Assembly: GCA_002813105.2 (NCBI GenBank)
Contig: CP017966.2
Span: forward strand, 790,745 to 854,744
Source of the DNA: Methanosarcinales archaeon Met12
GTDB taxonomy: Archaea; Halobacteriota; UBA148; JAJOKI01
DNA: 64,000 nucleotides
Direction: 5' to 3'
Below are positions 10,925-21,632 of this stretch, one piece after another. A program made the translations under genes and the position numbers. Numbering within the stretch: position 1 is the stretch's first letter; each line of letters starts with the position of its first letter. Under the pieces are notes generated by a model that was not told where the DNA came from, did not search any database, and worked only from the letters and a program-made list of their open reading frames with translations.

Positions 10925-12252
10925 ACAGAACCACCCACCATTGCAGAAGATATCTTAATATGGGGTGCGCCGTCGCTTACTGGTATCAGTTGGCCATTCT
11001 TGCCGCATAATCCCGAGTGATATTTCAAATCGTTGCCCACCGCGACCACGTTTTTCAAAATCTCGAGCGTGTTGCCAGAAAGTGAGACATTACGCAGTGG
11101 CATTGTGAGAGAGCCATTTTCAATTAAGTGGCCTTTTTCAGCGTTGAATTGAAATACGCCTTCGCCAGGATTCGTCTGCCCGCCCCTTGACCCGATTAAA
11201 TATATGCCGTATTGAATATCCTCAACCATCTCATCAAATGATGTATCGCCCTCCTCGATGAACGTATTGCTCATGCGGACAATGGGAATTCCACATCCCT
11301 GTGCTCTGGCGTTTCCAGATTTTGGAAAACCAAGCCTGGCTGCGGTTTCTCTTGAATGCAAGTAATGATTGAGGACGCCGTCCCGGATGATCGTCGTTCT
11401 GGTGGGCGACACGCCCTCATCATCGAATGGATAATATCCGAATTCTGGGAGCGTCGGGTCATCGTGAACGGATATCAATTCAGATGCGATTTGCCTTCCC
11501 ATCTCTTCTTTGAGGATGGAGCTGCCCTCGAGCACCAGGTCCGCTTCTGCCGCATGTCCCAGCGCCTCATGTATGAATACGCCAGCCAGCTTGGGGTCGA
11601 GTATCACGGGCAGATGGCCCCCAGGAGACGCTTTTGCACTCAGTAATTGAACTGCAGCAGTCGCAACGTCATTGGCCAGTGATAGTGCATCGTATCGATC
11701 GAATATCTCATAACCGCAAACGCCGAATCGACTGTCGAACCCCATCTGCAAGTCCTCGTCTTTGGCGACAGCCGTAATGCCAAACCCACATCTGGTCAAT
11801 TTGGATTCGCATTCAGAACCTTCAGAGTTAGTATAAAGCATGTGTACTTCCGACTCTGAATAATATACGTTTGTGCTGACGATTTGTGGAAGTTTCATCT
11901 GCTGTTCGATGTCCTTTAACAATTGAACTTTTTCTTCAACAGGGACATCACTTGGGTCTTTTTTGACCTTTGATATATGGCGAATGTTGGTGGGGCCCGT
12001 CAACGTGATGGGAAATGAAGTGCACGGCGCCTTCTCGTGCGCCTGCGTCGCCAGGCCGATGGCGGAACGCAGGGCATCATCAATAGCATTAATGTCGTCG
12101 GTAGATGTGAAGCCCCATGAACCATCGACCAGCACCCGAACGCCAGCCCTCTTCGAAAAATTGGCGGATATCTCCTCAATGGCTCCGTTGTCTAAGATGA
12201 TGGAAGTGCCGGAAGCCTCAAGGACTTTGATATCGTGAAGCTCTACATCCAT
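10921..12252 (-). CDS. tldD: TldD family metalloprotease
   Basis: 443 aa. HEALGHAAEAD motif and a C-terminal Gly-rich TldD/PmbA domain. Confidence 0.9.
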   Translation of the reverse strand: MDVELHDIKVLEASGTSIILDNGAIEEISANFSKRAGVRVLVDGSWGFTSTDDINAIDDALRSAIGLATQAHEKAPCTSFPITLTGPTNIRHISKVKKDPSDVPVEEKVQLLKDIEQQMKLPQIVSTNVYYSESEVHMLYTNSEGSECESKLTRCGFGITAVAKDEDLQMGFDSRFGVCGYEIFDRYDALSLANDVATAAVQLLSAKASPGGHLPVILDPKLAGVFIHEALGHAAEADLVLEGSSILKEEMGRQIASELISVHDDPTLPEFGYYPFDDEGVSPTRTTIIRDGVLNHYLHSRETAARLGFPKSGNARAQGCGIPIVRMSNTFIEEGDTSFDEMVEDIQYGIYLIGSRGGQTNPGEGVFQFNAEKGHLIENGSLTMPLRNVSLSGNTLEILKNVVAVGNDLKYHSGLCGKNGQLIPVSDGAPHIKISSAMVGGSV

Positions 12253-12265
12253 TAAAACACGTCCA

Positions 12266-14149
12266 TCAGTGTGGCACTATCCTCTCTGGTAGTGCTATAT
12301 CAACCCTGGCATCGGAGGCGAATTTATGGAGTTTCTTGATTAAGCTGTTTCTCTTTCGACCGATGAGGGCATGCCCAAGAACTTCATTGATGGTCGAGAC
12401 CGGGATTATTTTTATCTTGCCCTTATAGCGTTCCTCGAGCAGTACATCGTTTTCATTCGACTTTGGGATTAAAACTGTTTTGATGCCTGACTGCGCCGCC
12501 GCCTCGATCTTATAAGTAACTCCTCCCACCGGAAGCACCTCGCCCCTAACTGATAGCGACCCCGTCATAGCCACACTCTGGTCAATCGGAACCCCTTCTA
12601 ACGCTGATATGACCGCTGCAGCAACCGATATCGATGCGCTGTCGCCTTCCACGCCTTCATATGTCCCTATAAACTGGATGTGTATGTCCTTATTCGATAT
12701 GTCGTGCCCTGAGAATTTTTTGAAGAAGGCTGAAACGTTCTGAACTGCTTCTCTGGCAATATCTTGAAGCAGACCAGTCGCGATCACCTTCCCCTCCTCC
12801 TTCGACTGCGCCGGTGTTATTTCCACGGCGATAGGAAGGACCACTCCGGATTCGCCACCGATGATTGCAAGCCCATTAACCCTCCCTACCTCTGCGCCTT
12901 CACTCCGGAATACTTTATAATCTTCCATCTGCTCAATATGTCGGTCTGCCACTTGCTGTTCAACCGAGCGTGATATCTTCTTGGCTTTGTGGACATGTTC
13001 AACTTCAGTGAGGTCTGCACCTTCTGCTCGAGCGATATCACCGGCAATCCGTATCAGTCCGCCAAGGTCACGCAATTTAAGGGTCAGGTGCCCCTTTCTG
13101 CCACTGCCACGTCTCGCTTCCTTGATTATCTCCTCGACAGCGTTCACCGTGAAGTGGGGAATCTTTCCATCCTTCGTAACTTCCTGTGCTACGAACCTGA
13201 TTAGCTTGCATCGATTCTCTGGCGTGTCATCCATGGAATCGCGCATGTAAACGTCATAGCCATACCCTTTGATTCTGGAGCGCAGTGCTGGATGCATTCC
13301 CTTGATGCAATCAAGATTGCCCGCAGCCACCATGATAAAATCACACGACACCGGGTCCGTCTTGACCATTGCCCCTGAGCTGCGCTCGGACTGCCCTGTA
13401 ATTGGATACTCGTGCTCCTGCATGGCGGTTAACAGGCTCTGCTGGGATTCTATGTGAAGGGTGTTGATTTCGTCGATGAAGAGAACGCCTTTGTGCGCCT
13501 TGTGAATCGCTCCTGCCTCCACTCTATCGTGTGATGGAGTTTCAAGCCCGCCGCTCTGGAATGGATCGTGCCGCACATCTCCGAGCAGGGCACCAGCATG
13601 TGCGCCAGTAGCATCGATGTATTGGCCTGTGTTCTTCTTAGCATTCGATACCAGCAATTTCGGCACCATCATATCCTCTCTTGGAATGACTTGTCTGAGT
13701 AATATAAGCAAAAGAATAGCAGCAATAATGCCCATTAACCATTGTCCCTGTAAGAAGGCAAATATCACGATGCCCATGATGAGCATCATAAAAAACATAT
13801 TTCGCATCTGGGACTTCTTCCGAGCCTCCATTTTGTGAGTTTGAACTATCTGTTTCCCTTCCCCGGCCGGGACGACCTCGGCCTTTGGATTGTTCGAGTC
13901 CTCTGGATTATGATATATCAGGATGTCCTGCAACTCCTCTTTTGGCAGGAGCTCGGCCATGGACTTCGCTAACATCGATTTACCGGTTCCAGGCGTTCCA
14001 ATCAGCATCACGTGCCTTCGCTGTTTGGCCGCCTTCTTAATAACCTCGACAGCATGTTCCTGGCCTATCACCTGGTCTATCAGAAGTTCAGGCACATCGA
14101 CATCGTCGGTCGTCTTCAGTTCCAGTCCGCCTAAAAGGTCGTCGCTCAT
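12266..14149 (-). CDS. lonB: archaeal membrane-bound Lon protease (LonB)
   Basis: Walker A GTPGTGKS, two TM helices inserted in the AAA+ module, and a C-terminal Lon protease domain (MTGSLSVRGEVLPVGG). Confidence 0.92.
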   Translation of the reverse strand: MSDDLLGGLELKTTDDVDVPELLIDQVIGQEHAVEVIKKAAKQRRHVMLIGTPGTGKSMLAKSMAELLPKEELQDILIYHNPEDSNNPKAEVVPAGEGKQIVQTHKMEARKKSQMRNMFFMMLIMGIVIFAFLQGQWLMGIIAAILLLILLRQVIPREDMMVPKLLVSNAKKNTGQYIDATGAHAGALLGDVRHDPFQSGGLETPSHDRVEAGAIHKAHKGVLFIDEINTLHIESQQSLLTAMQEHEYPITGQSERSSGAMVKTDPVSCDFIMVAAGNLDCIKGMHPALRSRIKGYGYDVYMRDSMDDTPENRCKLIRFVAQEVTKDGKIPHFTVNAVEEIIKEARRGSGRKGHLTLKLRDLGGLIRIAGDIARAEGADLTEVEHVHKAKKISRSVEQQVADRHIEQMEDYKVFRSEGAEVGRVNGLAIIGGESGVVLPIAVEITPAQSKEEGKVIATGLLQDIAREAVQNVSAFFKKFSGHDISNKDIHIQFIGTYEGVEGDSASISVAAAVISALEGVPIDQSVAMTGSLSVRGEVLPVGGVTYKIEAAAQSGIKTVLIPKSNENDVLLEERYKGKIKIIPVSTINEVLGHALIGRKRNSLIKKLHKFASDARVDIALPERIVPH

Positions 14150-14251
14150 TTGTTATGCCATCTGTATATTCTCCCTTTATGTTATATAAATATAGAGTTA
14201 TATCAAATATTATTAATAGGACAAGACAATCATAACGTAGGGAGGCATAAC

Positions 14252-15094
14252 TTGAAAATCATCAGTGGTCCTGCATCACAGTTGCTCGCAACCAGGGTTG
14301 CGAAAGAGTTAGATTGCGACATCCTTTTGGCTGAATACAAGCGATTTCCCGATGGCGAGGCATGCGTAAGGGTGTTGGATGAGATAGGCGACGATGTTCT
14401 GATCATTCAGAGCACGGTTTCCGATGGAGACCTGATTTACTTGCTGCAGTTGGTCGACGCATGTGAAGAGGTTGAACGGGTTAGAGTGGTGATTCCATAT
14501 TTTAGATATGCACGTCAGGAGAGGACATCGCACCCAGGCGAGCCGATCAGTGCGCGCGCCATTGCAAGGACGATCGATGCAGATGAAATTTTCACGGTCA
14601 ATATCCATGACCCATCGGTCTTGGGTCACTTCAATGGACCTGCACATGACCTGGATGTGGCACCATTAATAGGAGACTACATTAGGTCCCTCGATCTCGA
14701 TAGACCGATCATCATCGCACCGGATGATGGTGCATGCGCGCTAGCCAGGTCATCTGCTTCAAAACTTGGCATCGATTACGACGTATTAGAGAAGATACGG
14801 CTGAATGGAGAAGATGTGGAAATAAAACCAAAACATATAGATATAATGAACAGGGACGTCGTAATCGTAGATGATATAATATCCACTGGAGAGACAATGG
14901 TCGAAGCTATTGAACTGTTATGGAGGCAGAAACCCAACGATATATATGTCGCATGTGTTCATCCAGTGCTGGCTAGAAATGCGCTCATCAGGTTGTTCAA
15001 AGCAGGTATAAAGGAGCTCATAGCCACCGATACCATCGAGAACGGCGCGAGCATTGTCAGTGCCGCCCCAGTGATAGCAAAAGCGGTTGAATAG
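14252..15094 (+). CDS. prs: ribose-phosphate pyrophosphokinase
   Basis: LKIISGPASQLLA...VVIVDDIISTGETM contains the PRPP loop. GGAGG lies 7 nt upstream of TTG 14252. The ORF-track start at 14150 adds an implausible leader. Confidence 0.9.
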   Translation: MKIISGPASQLLATRVAKELDCDILLAEYKRFPDGEACVRVLDEIGDDVLIIQSTVSDGDLIYLLQLVDACEEVERVRVVIPYFRYARQERTSHPGEPISARAIARTIDADEIFTVNIHDPSVLGHFNGPAHDLDVAPLIGDYIRSLDLDRPIIIAPDDGACALARSSASKLGIDYDVLEKIRLNGEDVEIKPKHIDIMNRDVVIVDDIISTGETMVEAIELLWRQKPNDIYVACVHPVLARNALIRLFKAGIKELIATDTIENGASIVSAAPVIAKAVE

Positions 15095-15120
15095 ATATCG
15101 TCTTTAGGAGTGAATACATA

Positions 15121-15720
15121 TTGAACATACCAGCGCCCGAAATAAGAGGGATGTTGAGAAGGGACATCATAGAGGTGCCAGAAGTTATTGGGCAGGCAAG
15201 CGGGATAAAGATATTTGGCAAAACTATCCGTTCTTTAGTTTTTACCACAGATATCGCGATAATAAAAAACACCAATGCCGATGCAATCATCGCGGTCCAT
15301 CCCTTCACTCCTCAGCCCAGCATTACCCATGCAATAATGATGGCTGCAGATGTATCGGTTTTTTGCGGCGTGGGGGGCGGACTAACTCAACACAGAAGGG
15401 TGATAAACCTGGCACTGGATGCCGAATTTCAAGGGGCTATAGGAGTGGTAGTTAATGCCCTGATATCCAATGAGACCTTAAAATGTTTGGCCCAAACTAT
15501 AGACATTCCGGTGGCGGTCACCGTGGTTTCGGAAGAGAGTGGGGGGAGAAACGCTGTGGTGGAACGAATAGAAGCAGGAGCGACCATTTTAAATGTTCCA
15601 GGGGCAGCTAAAACCGCTAAAATAGTTAGGCAGATTAGAGATGAGTTTCCCGACATTCCCATTATAGCCACCGGCGGACCCACTGATGAGACCATATTAA
15701 AGACAATTATCCATAGCTGA
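15121..15720 (+). CDS. conserved hypothetical, alpha/beta (TIM-barrel-like) protein
   Basis: 199 aa with alternating beta-alpha pattern (VFCGVGGG, IPIIATGG). No confident family assignment. Confidence 0.5.
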   Translation: MNIPAPEIRGMLRRDIIEVPEVIGQASGIKIFGKTIRSLVFTTDIAIIKNTNADAIIAVHPFTPQPSITHAIMMAADVSVFCGVGGGLTQHRRVINLALDAEFQGAIGVVVNALISNETLKCLAQTIDIPVAVTVVSEESGGRNAVVERIEAGATILNVPGAAKTAKIVRQIRDEFPDIPIIATGGPTDETILKTIIHS

Positions 15721-15765
15721 TATTTTCAGCAAAAAGATGGAGATTTATAGGGAGCATACCGTCAG

Positions 15766-16770
15766 ATGATTGAAATAGATGGTTCATATGGAGAGGGCGG
15801 AGGGCAGATTCTCAGGACATCGATTGCGCTTTCATCTGTATGTGGAAAAGCGGTCACGATCAGGAACATCAGGGCGAACAGACGGACGCCTGGCCTTTCA
15901 GCCCAGCATCTTGAGGCAGTGAGAGGTGTCGCAATACTAACGGATGCCGAGGTCAAAGGACTGGCGCTTGGATCGACCGAAGTATTCTTCGCTCCCAATG
16001 AAATAAAAAGCGGAGAGTATAGGCTTGATATCGGGACTGCCGGCAGCATTCCCCTTCTTTTGCAGTGCCTGATGCCAGCGGCGATGTACGCCGACGGTCC
16101 TGTTTGCCTGGAGATAAAAGGAGGCACTGACGTACGGTGGTCGCCGTCTATTGATTATATGAGGCATGTCATGTTGCCTACGATAGCTAAAATGGGATAT
16201 GACGCACAAATTGATATCATCAAGAGAGGATATTATCCGCGCGGAGGGGGAATGGTCAAAGCAGTCATCCGTCCCTCTACTAAACTGAAAGGTGTGGCAC
16301 TGGAACCACCCAGGGAAATCGAGATTAAGGGAATTTCACACTGTTCAAGGCTGCCAGAGCATGTCGCAGTGAGGCAGGCCAAGTCTGCAAGAAGTGTGTT
16401 GACTAAAGAAGGATATGATGTACAGATATCAATCGAGGCATCGACTACTGGTGAATCTACCGGCAGCGGCATCACGCTGTGGTGTGATGGAATTGGCGGA
16501 TGCGCCATCGGAGAAAGGGGCAAGCCGGCAGAGGCAGTCGGCAGAGAAGCGACTAAATCGCTTTTGATTGGCCTTAAATGCGGTGAAGCTATTGATGCAC
16601 ATCTGTCGGATCAGTTGATACCGTACATGGCGCTGGCTAATGGCGAATGCTCTTTTACAACGAGAACCCTGACCCCGCATACGAAAACGAATATCTGGGT
16701 GACCAGGCAGTTTTTTGACGTGCAATTTGATGTACGTGAGGATAAACTGGTTCGGATCACTAAGAAATGA
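15766..16770 (+). CDS. rtcA: RNA 3'-terminal phosphate cyclase
   Basis: IEIDGSYGEGGGQILRTSIALS and HLSDQLIPYMALA are RtcA hallmarks. Confidence 0.9.
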   Translation: MIEIDGSYGEGGGQILRTSIALSSVCGKAVTIRNIRANRRTPGLSAQHLEAVRGVAILTDAEVKGLALGSTEVFFAPNEIKSGEYRLDIGTAGSIPLLLQCLMPAAMYADGPVCLEIKGGTDVRWSPSIDYMRHVMLPTIAKMGYDAQIDIIKRGYYPRGGGMVKAVIRPSTKLKGVALEPPREIEIKGISHCSRLPEHVAVRQAKSARSVLTKEGYDVQISIEASTTGESTGSGITLWCDGIGGCAIGERGKPAEAVGREATKSLLIGLKCGEAIDAHLSDQLIPYMALANGECSFTTRTLTPHTKTNIWVTRQFFDVQFDVREDKLVRITKK

Positions 16771-17389
16771 CATCCAGAAATGCAGGTGGAATGCTCTCTG
16801 ACAGGCAGATTTGGTCGTTGACCTTCATCATATTGATGCCCTCTTTCTGTGCCCGCTGTGCATCTATTATTATCACTATTGGTTGTTGAGTTCGGTATTC
16901 TGCAACTCGAATTGCCTCGTCAAAGCTGGTGCTCAGATGAAGGTATCTCTGCTTAATGGGTTTCAATCCAATCTCCAGTATCCTGTCAGCCTCCTCCTCG
17001 GTCGCTCCATAATAAAGTTCAGGTAGTTTATTTGGCGGCAGGTCGAGGTCCACCTCCACTGAATGGGCGTACAGCGCCCGAATTTTGCCATCCCTCATCT
17101 CATATCTTTGCTTTATATCGGATTCGACCAGCGCAAACAGATGTTCCCTGTGGAACCACTGGTACCTATCCTCGAGTGTGATGACCAACTGCTCTATGTC
17201 CACCCATCCCTGTCGGTCCATGTCGAGACCGAATTTATCTGGAAAGTGCCGCAATGCTCCCGAAATCATCTTCCCAAGCCGCACTGTCCTCTCCTCATCC
17301 AAAATTAGGCGTCCTGGTTCGCCGCATTCGCATTCTCCTCCTCTAAAATAGCCGTGTGCAGAACACGATCTTATTTGTCCATTTCCCAT
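16760..17389 (-). CDS. kptA: RNA 2'-phosphotransferase (Tpt1/KptA)
   Basis: ISGALRHFPDKFGLDMDRQGWVDIEQL and YLHLS motifs. Short Cys/His N-terminal extension. Confidence 0.85.
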   Translation of the reverse strand: MGNGQIRSCSAHGYFRGGECECGEPGRLILDEERTVRLGKMISGALRHFPDKFGLDMDRQGWVDIEQLVITLEDRYQWFHREHLFALVESDIKQRYEMRDGKIRALYAHSVEVDLDLPPNKLPELYYGATEEEADRILEIGLKPIKQRYLHLSTSFDEAIRVAEYRTQQPIVIIIDAQRAQKEGINMMKVNDQICLSESIPPAFLDVIS

Positions 17390-17449
17390 TTTACTCTCAC
17401 TCTCGCATACAATACCAGACTTAGAATATTAAATTTGCTCCTTTCTCTC

Positions 17450-18628
17450 TTAGAGCAACCCCATAGCGATGGATTCCACAGCATCTATCAGCATGTCCAC
17501 CTCTTCCAGGGTGTTATACATCGCAAAGGACGCCCGTACAGTGCCATCTACCCCAAGGAACCGATGTGCAGGCACAGCGCAATGGTGTCCACTTCTCGTG
17601 CAAATTTTGGCATCATCGAGTATCATCGAGACGTCATGGTGGTTTATCGATTTTATGTTGAATGAGACCACACCACTCCTTTCAGTCGGCCCATACACAT
17701 CGACGTTTGGCAATGCTCTCAGGCGGTCGGCTGCATCCTGCGCCAGCGATGTCACGTGACGCTCGATGTCAGTTATGCCGACGTCTTCCACATATTCAAC
17801 GGCCCGTCCAAGTCCTATCACGCCAGGGATATTTTGGGTTCCGGATTCAAAGCAGTATGGCGGCTCGTCCAGTTCAAAGGAATCCCTCGTGACCGACCGC
17901 ACTGTTCCACCCCCTACGTATGCTGGTTTGAGTTGCGCTGGGTCTTTCACATATAATGCGCCGGTACCCTGCGGTCCAAGCAGTCCCTTGTGGCCTGGAA
18001 ATGCCAGGAAATCACAGTCCAGTTTCCCGACGTCCATCGGCATGTGCCCCACAGACTGCGCGCCATCTATCAAAAATAGCGCATCGTTCTCATGGGCAAT
18101 CTCTGCCATTTTTTCGACATCCTGAATGGACCCGAAGACGTTCGAAACGTGGCATATCGCAATAAATTTCGTACGTTCTGTGACCGCATCCTCGATAGAC
18201 GCCGGGTTCACGATTCCCTGCCGATTCGACTCGACGATGCCCACACGGACTCCCTTTTCCTTCAGCCTGAGCCACGGGAGCAGGTTGGAGTGGTGTTCTA
18301 TTATCGTGGTCACGATATGGTCGCCCTTTGACCATTCAAGCCCTAGCGCCACCATATTGATGCTCTCGGTCGTGTTCCGCGTGAAAATTATGTGCGACTC
18401 CTCTGCGCCGATAAAATCCGCGACCTGCTTTCGCGCCCCTTCATATCGCTCCGTCGTCTTCCTTACGAGACTGTATGCTCCACGACCGTAGTTCGCTGCG
18501 TATTCGAAAAAATATTCATTCATCGCATTGACCACCTGGCAGGGAGTCTGCGAAGTGGATGCGCTATCCAGATATGTCACCTTCTCAAGCAGTGGAAAAT
18601 CCTTTCTGACCTGTTTGACATCATACAT
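17450..18628 (-). CDS. cysteine desulfurase (class V aminotransferase, SufS/CsdA-like)
   Basis: 392 aa. FPGHKGLLGPQG contains the PLP lysine, and TRSGHHCA is the C-terminal catalytic Cys loop. Confidence 0.85.
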   Translation of the reverse strand: MYDVKQVRKDFPLLEKVTYLDSASTSQTPCQVVNAMNEYFFEYAANYGRGAYSLVRKTTERYEGARKQVADFIGAEESHIIFTRNTTESINMVALGLEWSKGDHIVTTIIEHHSNLLPWLRLKEKGVRVGIVESNRQGIVNPASIEDAVTERTKFIAICHVSNVFGSIQDVEKMAEIAHENDALFLIDGAQSVGHMPMDVGKLDCDFLAFPGHKGLLGPQGTGALYVKDPAQLKPAYVGGGTVRSVTRDSFELDEPPYCFESGTQNIPGVIGLGRAVEYVEDVGITDIERHVTSLAQDAADRLRALPNVDVYGPTERSGVVSFNIKSINHHDVSMILDDAKICTRSGHHCAVPAHRFLGVDGTVRASFAMYNTLEEVDMLIDAVESIAMGLL

Positions 18629-18693
18629 AGTAACGACCGTACCGTGTGATTATCTATAAGTGTTCAAGCGTATTAATTACCTATGTATCGACA

Positions 18694-20040
18694 ATGGACT
18701 GGAGACCAATCTTTGGAACAAATGGAATAAGGGGCATTGCAAACAAAGAGCTGACGCCAGATGTTGCCCTGAGATTGTGTCTGAGTCTGGGTACACTGAT
18801 GGATGAAAAAAGTACGGTGGCGGTGGGGAGGGATACGCGAATCTCCGGCGAGATGCTAAAAAATGCCGCAGTTTCTGGCCTGCAGTCTACCGGATGCAGT
18901 GTCATCGACCTCGACATCGCGCCCAGCCCCGTCATTCAGTATTATGTAAGGGATTTCGCAGATGCGGGAGTTATCGTAACTGCATCCCACAACCCACGCG
19001 AGTATAACGGCCTGAAATTTGTAGACGGCGATGGCACCGAGTTCAGCAGGAATGTGGAGAAAGAGATAGAAAGGGCGTATGAGCGAGGAGAATTTCGAAG
19101 GGCCGGGTGGAAAAATATCGGCAAATTGAGCATGGCTGACGGAATATCTGGTTATAAGGGGGGTGTTAAAAAACTCGTCGATGTGAATAAAATACGGGGC
19201 GAGAAGTTCAAAGTCGTCGTAGACCCTGGTGGTGGTGCGGGATGTGTTGTCACTCCTTCTTTATTGCGTGAATTGGGTTGCACGGTGATTGAGCTGAATG
19301 CACAGCCCGATGGGACGTTCCCGGGGCGCCCTCCTGAACCGATAGAAGACGCACTCGGCGAGTTGATATCTCTTGTGAAAAAAACCAGAGCGAATTTAGG
19401 CGTAGCCCTGGATGGAGATGCCGACAGGGCGGTCTTCGTGGATGAAAATGGCGCATTCGTCAGCGAGGATGTCCTCCTTGCGATATTTGCAAAGCACACA
19501 ATGCTGGAAAGGAAAAAAGGCATTGTGGTAATACCGGTGAGCTCGTCTCAATGCGTCGTCGACGTCGTTGAGCAGAATGGCGGAACGATCGTGTGGACTC
19601 CTGTCGGAAGCATACACGTGGCGAGGAGGATGATTGAAACAGGGGCCGTATTCGGCGGCGAGGGAAACGGAGGGCTGATTTTCCCGGAACACCTGCATGG
19701 CAGAGATGGCACAATGGCAGCTGCAAAGATTCTTGAGATGCTCAGTGATGGAAAACCCCTATCGCAGCTGGCTGACGAGATTCCCAAGTACTTCCACATA
19801 AAAAGGAAGATAACGGTTCCTGATAAAGATGCTGTGATGAAGGAGCTTGGAAAGGTCGTCAAGGGCAACGTGGATACCACAGATGGCGTGAAGATATGGC
19901 ATGACGATGGCTGGGTGTTGGTCAGGGCGTCTGGGACCGAGCCAATTATCAGGGTATTTGCGGAGTCGAAGACGATGGAGAGGGCAAGGGAATTGATGCA
20001 AGAAGGGGTTGAGTTGGTTAAACAGCCAAAGCGAGTGTAG
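18694..20040 (+). CDS. glmM: phosphoglucosamine/phosphomannomutase family enzyme
   Basis: FGTNGIRG, the TASHNPREYNG phosphoserine loop and the LDGDADR metal loop. ATG 18694 is preferred. Confidence 0.85.
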   Translation: MDWRPIFGTNGIRGIANKELTPDVALRLCLSLGTLMDEKSTVAVGRDTRISGEMLKNAAVSGLQSTGCSVIDLDIAPSPVIQYYVRDFADAGVIVTASHNPREYNGLKFVDGDGTEFSRNVEKEIERAYERGEFRRAGWKNIGKLSMADGISGYKGGVKKLVDVNKIRGEKFKVVVDPGGGAGCVVTPSLLRELGCTVIELNAQPDGTFPGRPPEPIEDALGELISLVKKTRANLGVALDGDADRAVFVDENGAFVSEDVLLAIFAKHTMLERKKGIVVIPVSSSQCVVDVVEQNGGTIVWTPVGSIHVARRMIETGAVFGGEGNGGLIFPEHLHGRDGTMAAAKILEMLSDGKPLSQLADEIPKYFHIKRKITVPDKDAVMKELGKVVKGNVDTTDGVKIWHDDGWVLVRASGTEPIIRVFAESKTMERARELMQEGVELVKQPKRV

Positions 20041-20303
20041 GTGAAGAAGAATGTGATTACAAAGGGTGCAGCGGGTTTGTCGGCACCCAAAGGGTCAGTA
20101 TAGAGGGGTAGGATTAGAAGGACACTATGGGTGACTTAAAGATTAGCGGTTTCTGCTCATTTGCTCTGCTTCCTCTAAAACCCTGTCGTAAACCGTGATG
20201 TCGATTCTAAAACCAGAATCAATCAATTTTTTAAGCAAAACTTTAATTGCTTTGAGCATAGATTCATATATTAATTCATATATAATTCAGAATGGCGGTA
20301 TGA

Positions 20304-20549
20304 ATGATGATTGTAATAAAATCGAAGGTTGGTTCAAGGGGCCAGATCGTGATACCAAAGATAGCAAGGGACAATCTCGGCATGATCGAGGGTTCAGGGA
20401 TTATTATTGAGCTGGCAGATGATGGGATACAAATCAAATCGGCAGAAAAAGACATATTGTCGAAGTGGAGCAGGATTGCAGAAGAAGAGGGCATGGATGT
20501 AAAAAAAGAGATAAAATACGGGGATAGGTTGTATGAAGAGATATTCTGA
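20304..20549 (+). CDS. vapB: AbrB/SpoVT-type antitoxin VapB
   Basis: KVGSRGQIVIPKIARDNLGMIEGSGIII. Confidence 0.8.
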   Translation: MMIVIKSKVGSRGQIVIPKIARDNLGMIEGSGIIIELADDGIQIKSAEKDILSKWSRIAEEEGMDVKKEIKYGDRLYEEIF

Positions 20550-20970
20550 AACAGTATACCTTGATGCAAACTTCTTCATTTTCTCGTTGCTCGATAAAAC
20601 GGAAGTTGGCGAAGATGCAAGGATGATATATCAAAAGATGGTCGAAGGAAAACTAAATACTGCTACATCGTCTCTGACATTTGACGAAATGATGTGGGCA
20701 CTGGTCAAAGCAAATAAGAGGCATCTAATAAAGGATGCCGTGAATGACATCTACAAAACTCGGAATTTGATAATATTACCTGTCTCAATCTCTATCCCAT
20801 TAAATGCAATTGAACTGATATTAAAAGGTCTAAATCCAAGGGACGCTTTTCATGTAAGCTGTATGATGGAAAACAAGATAACAACGATTATTTCAGACGA
20901 TCGAGATTTCAAGGCGATCGAGGATATCAAGTGCTTCAATTTCAAGGATTTTCTTTTGGAGATAGCGTAA
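20533..20970 (+). CDS. vapC: PIN-domain toxin VapC
   Basis: VYLDANFFIFSLLD and ISDDRDF motifs. Overlaps vapB. Confidence 0.85.
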   Translation: MKRYSETVYLDANFFIFSLLDKTEVGEDARMIYQKMVEGKLNTATSSLTFDEMMWALVKANKRHLIKDAVNDIYKTRNLIILPVSISIPLNAIELILKGLNPRDAFHVSCMMENKITTIISDDRDFKAIEDIKCFNFKDFLLEIA

Positions 20971-20993
20971 CTTAGACCGCTAAGGATAATAAG

Positions 20994-21020
20994 AAAAATA
21001 AAAAATTAGGGAAGAAGGGA
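20994..21020. repeat. left direct repeat flanking the COG2405/UPF0175 TA cassette
   Basis: AAAAATAAAAAATTAGGGAAGAAGGGA, compared with 22009-22036 (one A-run indel only). Confidence 0.7.
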
Positions 21021-21064
21021 CATCCCAGATGGAACATCTTGGTGTGTCTGCGAATTGTCCCAAA

Positions 21065-21628
21065 TTAGGGATTTGTATATCGCTCGAGTTCATGCAGGAT
21101 GCCGAGTAGGACTAAGAGATTTGGGTCGTCACGTGAGAATAGTTTTTTCAATACTTTCTCTGCCCCCTCGCTGGTTACAATGCTCTTTTTGATGTCCCAG
21201 ATCGGAGATCTGGGAGAGTTGTAGTCCCGAAGGGACTTCAACAATCCCCATAGTGGCAGGTAGCAAATGGGAACGCATCTGAGCCCGAGTTTTGAGGCAG
21301 TGCTTATCGCGAGCTTATCATCCAATAAAATCTCAGGTAAATCCAGCTGGAGTGCCAATGCAATGGCCGCACACTCCCCCCTCCCCATCTTCCCTCTGCT
21401 GAGAAGTGAACTGAGGTATTTCATGCCTGTCCTGTTCAGCTCTTCTTTCTCGATGAAACCCTCCTCTATCAGTAGACTTATTCGTTGAACGTGCTTTTTT
21501 GGCCTCCTATGTTCATCGAAAACCTCGGTTGGAACATAGATTTTCGAGTATCTCTTCTTCGCGAGCAGTATCAGGCTCTCGTCTTTAGGTAGATCGATGA
21601 TGATGGATGCGTCGGCGGAGGCTTTCAT
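21065..21628 (-). CDS. COG2405/DUF3368-type PIN-like toxin
   Basis: GRGECAAIALALQLDLPEILLDDKLAISTASKLGLRCV matches the DUF3368 core. Confidence 0.6.
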   Translation of the reverse strand: MKASADASIIIDLPKDESLILLAKKRYSKIYVPTEVFDEHRRPKKHVQRISLLIEEGFIEKEELNRTGMKYLSSLLSRGKMGRGECAAIALALQLDLPEILLDDKLAISTASKLGLRCVPICYLPLWGLLKSLRDYNSPRSPIWDIKKSIVTSEGAEKVLKKLFSRDDPNLLVLLGILHELERYTNP

Positions 21629-21632
21629 CCCC